A model generated the notes under the pieces. It had not been told where the DNA came from. It did not search any database and saw nothing but the letters and a program-made list of their open reading frames with translations. The translations under genes were made by a program, and so were the position numbers. This document shows positions 25,980 to 36,452 of a DNA stretch of 64,000 bases, piece by piece (positions within the stretch are counted from its first letter, which is position 1; the number at the start of each line of letters is the position of its first letter). The DNA comes from Macrostomum lignano (Eukaryota). The stretch is taken from positions 105,473 to 169,472 of the forward strand of contig NIVC01001664.1 in assembly GCA_002269645.1 (NCBI GenBank), in the 5' to 3' direction.

Positions 25980-27526
25980 GTGAGCGCCAGACTGTCGAAC
26001 TTTGCTGGTTGGCAAATGAAACAGAGGGAGGGCTACTGAATGCAATCGATAAATTGTCGGAAAAGTCGGCTGAAAACCCTACAAGAGAGGGACTTGGATA
26101 AAGTGTCTCGGGTTTGGTCCCGAGCTCTACTTGATCGCGCTTTACATGTAGCTCGTAGCTATACATGTTCCACTGATTGACAAATGTATCCTTCATCCTA
26201 CGATGACCAATCGAGTACTTCTGATTATTTTTTGTTATTCCTGCCGTCCTAAATACTTTTTACTAACGTCGGGTGAACGTCTGTGTAAGGTATAAAACGT
26301 ATTGGTCACGTATGGACGTCGCCGATTGAGAACGTCTGATCGCTCGTTAGAGTAGCGGGATTTAATGTTGATTTTTTTCAATTTGATTTTTGATGCAACA
26401 ATCTTAGCTCACTAAAAATTTGGTTGACATTGTGTGATACTCTAGGGTAAGAGATAGAAGCCAGAGGGGATGATGTGTTGATAATGATAACCAATCAGAA
26501 GGCAGCGAGAGGAAGGGAGAAGAACACGCATAAGTAAGACCTTAGGGTAAAGGATAGAAGCCAGAGGGCACGAGGTGATAACCAATCAGAAGGCATCGAG
26601 ATAACATGTGAGATAAGAGCGTTAAGTTATTGCAGAGAACTAAATTACATGACTAAAAGTTTACAGGTGAGCCAGAGAAGGCCTGCAGACGAATCTGAAA
26701 ATGATTATAGTTTTAAATATTTTTTTGCATCAAATATTATAAACCCTAAGACGCATCCCTATCAAGGCCATCAGTCACCAGCTCATACGAGAGACATGTT
26801 TCTCAAATTCGGTTCAGTTGGTGTTTGAGTGTGGTCCATGGGAAAAAATTTTTAGTTCCCTACTAAATTGTACCTATTTTTATAATTTAAGTGCGCTTGC
26901 AATTCGGGCCTGTTCTTAAACTGCATAGCCTTTTAATGCCATAAGTTTCATAAATAGCCTCAGTGATGCATTAGAGCCATAAATTAATCCTTTAATATGT
27001 CGCTTTCGCAGTTGTGCGTTAACTTTCATCACATAATCGTGTTTAATTTAATCGTTATAATAATCAGCTACATATTACTTAAATGCCTGCATGTATGCAT
27101 ATGCTAATATATATGTTACTGTTTATTTTAGCTTATACCTCGACAAAGCCCCAAAGCAAAAACCCTTATATTGATATCATTCTACAATACAATCGACTCC
27201 GACTATATACTGTATAGAAGTCTTTATTTATAGATGTTGCTTATATTTTTCTTTTTGAAAAAGGCTCGCTACTTTTTTTGTTTCAATGCCTCGCTTATAA
27301 ATAAGCTGACTCGCTTATTTATAAGCTTATAGATTTATGGTGAATGGGAATATCGCCTGAATATATTGATTATTTCTTGTTTAATAAACGTGATTTCATT
27401 GGTTATGAGAGATTCGGAAGCGAAACATGTGATTTCAATTAATTGAATTGTATTAATGCACTTGCCACAGTGCAAGGAAAGTAAAAAATATTTTTCATTA
27501 AACTAACTTAACAATAGGAATACCAA

Positions 27527-27820
27527 GCAGGCACACGAAATTAAAAAAACACGGGCCAACTTTTTGTTGCGCACCTTCTCAAACAAGACACATGTGTTCG
27601 ACGTGCTGATGAAATTCGGAGACTTGGCAAGGCTGCACTGAGGCGCAGTGCTGATTGGCGCACAGGGGTGTACTGAATACACTGGCACTTATGGGAAAAA
27701 TCCGACCTTCTGGCAGAATCGTCGAATATCTCGACGGTCCGGAGGGCTGGCGACTTGATTCTTGTTTGAGAAGGTGCGCAACAAAAAGTTAGCCCGCGTT
27801 CTTGAATTTCGTGTGCCTGC
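27527..27820. mobile_element. MITE-like element with ~60-bp imperfect TIRs
   Basis: gcaggcacacgaaatt...ttgttgcgcaccttctcaaacaag is mirrored by cttgtttgagaaggtgcgcaacaa...aatttcgtgtgcctgc. Confidence 0.65.
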
Positions 27821-28832
27821 GTTGCTCCGTTCCGGCGCAGCAAAAAAAATGTCAGGGGGGATCCCCTCTCTTGGTAGTTCTACTGTTAATACAGAAACTT
27901 ACATACAGTAAGAAAAATTAAAAAATAAATTTAACTGAATTACTCGGATTACGACTTCTAGCTCTTAGCTTAGAATTTTAAATAAATTTCACCGAAAATT
28001 CTCTTAAAGATTTACGTTGGCAGCATGCAAACTTCTGCATAGAATAAAGTTCATGAACGAAAAAAAGATATGCTTTGTTATAACTAGTTCTATGTAGAAT
28101 TATTTAAATATAACGGGGCAGATTGTTTAAATTTCAAATGAACTTCATCCACACAGTTGGAATCCATTTGAAATTGCTACACTTTTGCTTTAATAATACC
28201 GGCGCTTTACTGTTTGCTCTAAAGGTATGTGGATTTCTATATATTTATTAGCTCTAAGAGTCCAGGAAGATTTTTGTCAAGAAAATATACGGACAAAATT
28301 TTGTTCTCTTAGAAAAACAATTTGTTCTCTGAGTTCCTATAAGTTATAATATATTTAATAGAAGATTAGCTAGCTTTTGAACATGCTCAAAAGAACTGCT
28401 ATTCCCGTTTATAGTTTTCAATTAAAACACGCTCATATAGAAAAGATCTACTATAAATTTCTTTTTTTATAACCTATTAAGGGGAATTACTAACCGAGGT
28501 TGTATTCCATGGCCTACTGTTTTTACTTTGTCATGTTTTTTCTAAAAATTCCAATTGCTCGCTCATATTTTAGCTTTATTACTACAACTGTCTGTAGCTT
28601 TTATCTGTAAAAAAGCCAATATGATCGATTTCTATACTTTTTAATTCATTTCTTTAATCTAATGTTCTTGTTATAATCATGCAGGTAAATTTATATACAT
28701 TTAGTTACAAAAATAGTTACAAAAATAGCGCAACGAACAAAGGTTCGATTCCGTAGGCGACCATTAGCTAGCTAAGAGCGTATATTCATTTTTGGGCTGC
28801 GATTCACATTTAACAAACGTACAAAATAGGAA

Positions 28833-31800
28833 ATGTCAGCCACGCTCGGCCGCGACAAAGAAGTGGATCAGGAGGTCGAGTCGCGCTGTTCGCTGGACTC
28901 GAAACTCCAGACGCTGGAAGAATCGACTGACTCGCCAAAGCAAGCAGACGGCTGCGCCAATCTGCCCGGCTTGTGCCTCGTCATCAACAACGAAACGGTG
29001 CAAATCCGAACGATCAGCGTCAAGATCAGCGGCCTGGAGCTGAAACCGGTGGTCAAGCAGGCGGAGGTGGAGGTCAACGTCACGACAGCGGATGGGGACA
29101 GCCATAGTGCTGAGCAGCAGCCTGTCAGCGATAAGAAAATTAAGAAGAAGGTGAGCTGGAACCCAGAAGCAGCTCCACTGCACAGATACATGTATAGTGA
29201 TTTGAATGCTTATCAGAATGCACAGATGTACTTATGCAAAAGCTCATAATTGATTACGTTACGCATTAAATTATCTTTCACCCTTTCAGGAGTCAATGTA
29301 CGGAAGTTATTTTAAGTTAATTGCATGCTCATCGCGAGGGATCAATTAAATTAACTCCATTAATGTGCAATAAAACAGTAAAATATTGAAAACCAATACA
29401 ATAATTGAACGAATAATAATTCTGACATTGAGCTGCATGAATGCATAAAAAACTTTTGTCTTTCCTTTCAGGCTCCACAAAATCATTAAAAGAAAAAAGT
29501 CGCCCAAGCGCGATTCATCTGACAAGAAGGCGGCCGGCGCAACCCGCGGGGGGAGGACGGTCTCGGGTTGGAGCGCCGACGGATCAGCCGGAGGCGGGAA
29601 GCTGACAACCTCGAATCGGCAGCTGCATCCGCCGTGAGTGCCGGATTTCAGGATGGGAGAGAGTGGCAAGAGAATTGTACGGGATCAGGATGGTAGGGAG
29701 CGGCTAGGGGCGGATTCAGGATGGTAGGGAGCGGCTAGGGGCGGATTCAGGATGGTAGGGAGCGGCTAGGGGCGGATTCAGGATGGTAGGGAGCGGCTAG
29801 GGGAGGAATCATGATGGTAGGGAGTGGATATGGGAGGAATCAGGATGGTAGGGAGCGGCCAGGGGAGGAATCATGATGGTAGGGAGTGGATATGGGAGGA
29901 ATCAGGATGGTAGGGAGCGGCTAGGGGAGGAATCAGTAGGATGGTAGGGAGTGGATATGGGAGGAATCAGGATGGTAGGGAGCGGCTAGGGGAGGAATCA
30001 TGATGGTAGGGAGTGGATATGGGAGGAATCAGGATGGTAGGGAGCGGCTACGGGGAGGAATCAGGGTGGGAGAGAGTGGATAGGGGCGGATTCAGGATGG
30101 TAGGGAGCGGCTAGGGGAGGAATCAGCAGGATGGTAGGGAGCGGCTAGGGGAGGAATCAGGATGGTAGGGAGCGGCTAGGGGCGGATTCAGGATGGTAGG
30201 GAGCGGCTAAGGGCGGATTCAGGATGGTAGGGAGCGGCTACGGGGCGGAATCAGGGTTGGGAGAGAGTGGATAGGGGCGGAATCAGGATGCTAGGGAGCG
30301 GCTACGGGGAGGAATCAGGATAGTAGGGAGCGGCTAGGGGGCGGAATCAGGATAGTAGGGAGCGGCTAGAGGGCGGAATCAGGATAGTAGGGAGCGCCTG
30401 GGGGGCGGAATCAGGATAGTAGGGAGCGGCTGGGGGGGCGGAATCAGAATAGTAGGGAGCGGCTAGGGGCGGAAATGCCGCGGAATCAGTATGGGATTCC
30501 GCGGTCCAAGAAATAACGAAAATCAAAATAGTAAGGGAGCACTTCGACTATGGAATTCGAAGACAGACTGGTGTGAAAAGGATAGTTTAGCAGACTAAAA
30601 CAGGCTGGTTCAGAGGAGTGATGTAAGTTGGAAGTCTGCACAGATCTTTATGAAATCGTGCTATGAGATCTCTCACTACTCCCACTACTCGTGCTTTAGT
30701 TTTGTTTGATGGTGGAGAACGTCATCAAATTTAGGCTTTAAAATTGCACCCAACCCCTCCCCCAGCGATCAGCAGCAGCCGGTTGAAATTGGACTGGACC
30801 CTCCAGACGGAGGCGACGGCTCGCGCCGCAGCAGCAGCTCCGACAGCGAAGTCAGCGTGCCAACGCACGACGAGGGCAAGGCGAGGGCAGCTGCAGAAAT
30901 TGCAGCAGCAGCAGCATCCGCCGCCGCCGCAGCATCCGCTTCGAACACCGTTGACAGCGAAACTGGAGGCGAGGCGACTGTGGACGACGCGCCGCCACCA
31001 GTCAGCGAGAAGCCGAAGCCACCCATCAAGTGAGTGAAGTGCGGAAGAGATCCAGGCCTAATAAACAGCCAGAAATCTAAAAAATCCACGCAGAAACTAA
31101 TAAATCCCCTCAACAATCTACAGATATTCCTGATAGCAATCTACAGACATGATCCTAATTAACAACAATCTTACAGATATTCCTAACAACAATCTACAGA
31201 TATTCCTACAGCAATCTACAGATATTCCTAACAACAATCTACATATATTCCTACAGCAATCTACAGATATTCCTAACAACAATCTACAGATATTCCTACA
31301 GCAATCTACAGATATTCCTAACAACAATCTACAGATATTCCTACAGCAATCTACAGATATTCCTAACAACAATCTACAGATATTCCTACAGCAATCTACA
31401 GATATTCCTAACAACAATCTACAGATATTCCTACAGCAATCTACAGATATTCCTAACAACAATCTACAGATATTCCTACAGCAATCTACAGATATTCCTA
31501 ACAACAATCTACAGATATTCCTACAGCAATCTACAGATATTCCTAACAACAAGATATACAGCAGACTACAGATATTCCTAAACAATCTATACATACATGT
31601 ATTCCTACGGCAATCTGCAGATATTCCTTGAACAATCTACAAAATTCATATACATGTAGCAATTAATCTACAGATATTCATACAGCAATCTACAGGGTTC
31701 ACTTTGAAATCTAATTAAGATTATTCAAATTCATTTAATTTAGTCAGTCGCTTACGACTTACGAGCACAAGAGCTTTTTCGCAGGTCTTTCACGGAAGGC

Positions 31801-34737
31801 CATGCATGCAATCAACAGGAAAGATTAAATTACTATCAGAGTATGATCATATTTTTCGATTTATCTACATGTACACGTAGCTCGTATTAAGGTTTGTTAT
31901 AAGTCTAGAAGCGTGCGCGTTTTTTCAACTTGATGCAATCACTATATGAAGTGCACTTGTGGTCGCTGAATTCACCATGTGAAATTGCAGAAAACCGCTC
32001 TCATTTCTCAACCGGAAGAAGGACAAATCGAAGGGAAGCACTGATCAGTTGCTAAGCACATCGAATTTTCCGCACGACGTGCCAGAAAAAGTGAAATCTC
32101 TATTCGAAGTGAGTCAATTTTCATTGCCAAATCTTAGAGATGATGGTTTTTAAATGACCGCACCTCTTGTCAAGAACTTCATGTAAATTCTCTTATTTAG
32201 TTAATAAACAAAGCTTTTGCAACGGCCTCAATTCTATCGCATTCAAGCTTCTCCAAAAGAAGCAATATGCATTGAAAGGAAAAGCCAGTGACATGGCCTT
32301 TACATTACAGTATAGGATAGATAGTTTAAGATTCAGCATCTAAACAGGAAGTGGTACTGGGCCAGTTGGCTACCAACGGAGCCAGTGTAAGAAAATTTAC
32401 GGTCAATTTTTTTCAATCATAAGCCTCACTGGGTTGCACAAATTTACGCAAATTGGCAGCGGTTTACTGCTTTCCAAGCTCTCTAATCTGTTACGCTTTA
32501 CAGTTTAACGATGTTTGCAATGCGTAGCTTTGCTTACCAAATTGACGTGCATAGCAATTTTTCTTGCGATTACTGTGTTATCAGTCTGGTCTATATTAAA
32601 ATTAAATTATTCAAGCAACAGCTAAGGATTCTATGCGAGAGAACCAGTCAGTATGCAAAGAACTGTTAAAATGCAAGACGCTCTACTAATAAGTAGCTAT
32701 GGCGAATCAAAGAGAAGTATAGCGAAGTAAATACTAGTAGACAGATTTTGTTAGGAAGAATTGAGAAATGAGATGAGAAGAATGAGAAATGAGAAGAATT
32801 GCTATTGTGAAGTTATAACACTCGAAGGCCGGATAGAGAGGCTTTGCGAGCCGCCATGCGGTTCGCAGTCCAGAGTTTGCCGACCCCTTCAACAAAACGT
32901 CGACATCTGATAGGCCACATCATCCGCGCTGAGGCTTTCTACCCACAACCCGTACAGGATGTGCTGCTACTGCTGACGCTGCAGGCATCCTTTGGCTTAA
33001 GGATTCTATCTCTTAAGTTTTGAGGCGCTTTCAAGACCTTTTGTGACAGTGTGCCCTGTTATCTTTGTTGTTAGGAAAGGAATTAGACAAAATTGATTAT
33101 TGTCCATCGCAGATAATGCCGAGCACCCGTCTCATCGCCACAGTCTACACCTCAAATGCTGTTAATACACCGGCTGTTAAGAAGCAAAAAGCTTTGATAA
33201 TAGAAAACGGCAAGAATAAGCGCTACACGGTCGACGGCAAGTCCCGGTCAGTCTGGCTGGATCCGCCTGCCGGGGAGAAGGTGGAGATTTGGAAGGAGTA
33301 CTTTGGCGACGATGGAGAGTGCAACAGAGCTCTGGGCAGGCTGCCCGGCACTGACAAGTGTGAGTCTGCTGCGTGTAGGGCCAACGGTGACATAGGGTCA
33401 TGGAACATCTGTGCTCAACAGTGACAAGTGTGAGTCTGCTGTGTGTGGGTCATGGAGCAGCTGTGCTCAACAGTGACAAGTGTGAGTCTGCTGTGTGTGG
33501 GTCATGGAGCAGCTGTGCTCAACAGTGACAAGTGTGAGTCTGCTGTGTGTGGATCATGGAGCAGCTGTGCTCAACACTGACAAGTGTGAGTCTGCTGTGT
33601 GTGGGTCATGGAGCAGCTGTGCTCAACACTGACAAGTGTGAGTCTGCTGTGTGCAGGGTCAATGGCTCATGGAACAGCTGTGCTCAGCACTGACAAGTGC
33701 GAGTCTGCTGTGTGTGGGTCATGGAGCAGCTGTGCTCAACACTGACAAGTGTGAGTCTGCTGTGTGTAGGGTCAATGGCTCATGGAACATCTGTGCTCAA
33801 CAGTGACAAGTGTGAGTCTGCTGTGTGTGGGTCATGGAGCAGCTGTGCTCAGCACTGACAAGTGTGAGTCTGCTGTGTGTGGGTCATGGAGCAGCTGTGC
33901 TCAGCACTGACAAGTGTGAGTCTGCTGTGTGTAGGGTCAATGGCTCATGGAACAGCTGTGCTCAACAGTGACAAGTGTGAGTCTGCTGTGTGTGGGTCAT
34001 GGAGCAGCTGTGCTCAGCACTGACTAGTGTGAGTCTGTTGTGTGTGGGTCATGGAGCAGCTGTGCTCAGCACTGACAAGTGCGAGTCTGCTGTGTGTGGG
34101 TCATGGAGCAGCTGTGCACAGCACTGACAGGTGAGAGTCTGCTGTGTGTGGGTCATAGAACAGCAGTGCTCAGCACTAACCAGTGTGAGTCTGCTGTGTG
34201 TAGGGTCAATGGCTCATGGAACAGCTGTGCTCAACAGTGACAAGTGTGAGTCTGCTGTGTGTGGGTCATGGAGCAGCTGTGCTCAACACTGACAAGTGTG
34301 AGTCTGCTGTGTGTGGGTCATGGAGCAGCTGTGCTCAACACTGACAAGTGTGAGTCTGCTTTGTGTGGGTCATGGAGCAGCTGTGCTCAACAGTGACAAG
34401 TGTGAGTCTGCTGTGTGTGGGTCATGGAACATCTGTGCTCAACACTGACAAGTGTGAGTCTGCTGTGTGTAGGGCCAACGGGTCATGGAACATCTGTGGT
34501 CAACACTGACAAGTGAGAGATCCTGAAAGGTAGTCGAAAAGTTGGTATAGTATTTTAGCTTTATTGATTCAGATAAAATTGAAAAACATTTCAGACGGCT
34601 ATATCCTACGAGATGAGATCGACCCCGAAGGAGAATTCCTCAGCCGAGAGGAGAAAGAAGCATATAAAGAAGTGCTGGAAAAGCTGGTCATGTTTCAGTA
34701 CATCTACGGCAATGAAGATGACGAACAGTACATGTGA
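28833..34737 (+). CDS. Uncharacterised 7-exon gene, paralog B (~419 aa)
   Basis: Exons 28833-29150, 29290-29297 (8 nt), 29472-29633, 30766-31029, 31991-32108, 33113-33359 and 34595-34737. All are GT-AG with phases 0,2,2,2,0,1 (1260 nt). The C-terminal domain NFPHDVPEKVKSLFEIMPSTRLIATVY...TDKYGYILRDEID...MFQYIYGN aligns with paralog A. Confidence 0.72.
29670..30470. repeat. Intronic minisatellite, ~31-bp unit
   Basis: Tandem ggatggtagggagcggctaggggaggaatca. Confidence 0.9.
31115..31695. repeat. Intronic minisatellite, 45-bp (22+23) unit
   Basis: Tandem acagatattcctaacaacaatctacagatattcctacagcaatct. Confidence 0.9.
32830..33000 (+). pseudogene. Short LINE (RTE-like) 3' remnant inside paralog B intron 5
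   Basis: Translates to QSLPTPSTKRRHLIGHIIRAEAFYPQPVQDVLLL, resembling the 'RRL.L.GHI.R' post-RT thumb region of RTE elements. Confidence 0.4.
33349..34516. repeat. Intronic minisatellite, ~51-62-bp units (paralog B intron 6)
   Basis: Tandem cactgacaagtgtgagtctgctgtgtgtgggtcatggagcagctgtgctcaa. Confidence 0.95.
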
Positions 34738-35544
34738 TGGCATTCAAGTACTCCAAGCTCTACAACTGACTGCCTATTAGTTGTTTTAAACCTTAAGAAC
34801 AGTAAATAAGTGTCGATTATTTGTGAACATTTTAATCTGCTCAAGCTTCTAAATTGTCGCTAATCAATCCCATCAATCCTTCAAATACACACGCAATCCT
34901 ATAGTCTTCAATATGGAATTTTACGAGTACAAAACTCTACAGTTTTTAACAATAAAAGTTTGAAAACAACAATGACGAATTTAGCCATCTTTTTTAAATT
35001 TTCATTGGCATTTTATTTGAAGAATCTAGTCATGTATTATACGCTATTATAGTATCAGTATGAGCGCTTATTTTTTAAGTATTTGAGATGGACTAGTAGC
35101 TGCAGAAAATATCCAGTGGGGAAGCAAACACCATTACTTGTATAATGGTATAATCTATGACGATAAATAAACTTAGGATAGACAAAAACGCTGTATGGAA
35201 TTGCTAAGTTAATTTGCGATTGTGTGTAACAGTAATAAAATCCACCATATCAACCCATGTGTAAATAGAGTCAATATAGGCAGTGTGTATTAATTATCAC
35301 TTCAGATCATTCAGTCCGTTGCGCAATTTAAAGTCCGCCAGGTCTGAAATGATTGAATTTCAATATTGTCACTTATAGTTTTTGATAAAAAACTAATATT
35401 TAAAAAATTGGTGAGATACTAGAAAAAAAGAAAAAGGCACACGGGGTAAAGTGCTGAATTGCTGTGGCTCATGAGGTCAAGGTAGGGTTCAGCCAAAAAG
35501 AATTGTCCTGTCAATCATAGAAGACTCGTGGGGGAATCGCTAAG

Positions 35545-35895
35545 ATGTCAAGGCTCTTGGGGGGAATGGCTGAGTTGTCAAGGCTCTTGGGGGGGGAGCT
35601 GAGTTGTCAAGGCTCATGGGGGAATGGCTGAGTTGTCAAGGCTCATGGGGGGAAGCTGAGTTGTCAAGGCTCATGGGGGAATGGCTGAGTTGTCAAGGCT
35701 CATGGGGGGAATGGCTGAGTTGTCAAGGCTCATGGGGGGAATGGCTGAGTTGTCAAGGCTCATGGGGGGGAATGGCCGAGTTGTCAAGGCTCATGGGGGG
35801 AATGGCCGAGTTGTCAAGGCTCATGAGGGGATGGCTGAGTTGTCAAGGCTCATGGGGGATGGCTGAGTTGTCAATGCTCATGGGGGATATTGCTG
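35545..35895. repeat. Minisatellite, ~31-bp unit
   Basis: Tandem ggggggaatggctgagttgtcaaggctcatg. Confidence 0.9.
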
Positions 35896-36452
35896 AAATA
35901 CAGTGGCTTATGGAGGAGGGAATTGCTAAGATGTGACGCATCATGAGATAATTTCTGAAATGCTGTGGCTGTGAGGAGTTCCTCAGATAGTCTGAGCCAA
36001 AGCTCATGGGGGTTGCTGATATCTTAGGCTAGACAGCTGGCTGTCAGGGTGGATGCTTTTTTACTTTAAACACCATTTTCCTCAATAAATTAACAAAAGT
36101 GACTGTGCAAGTGGAAAATCTACATGCAGATTATTCAATTTTTTATTGGTTTCCTCCTCAACGGGGGGCGCAGATTGTCAGTTTAAGTCACAAAATTGAA
36201 TAAAGGAAAAAAGGATCCAAGAAACCTTTAAATTAAAATTAAATTAAATTTAATGTGCCTCCTGAAATACCTGAATTGGTATAGTGGCACTCCATGTAGG
36301 TCGGCTCTGTACATAGCGGAAACAATGCAAAACTCAATGGTTTCCATTGTTAAATGAAGAATCATATGAAAATAGCATGTAGCCTAAAGGCAAAGTATAT
36401 CGACATAAAAAACAGCACAAGCCACTGGATGTTTAACTCCATGGAAACGAGC

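Noticed and set aside
31118-31631. ORFs with 15-aa repeats on both strands
   Set aside because: Translation of a 45-bp intronic minisatellite whose unit is a multiple of 3.
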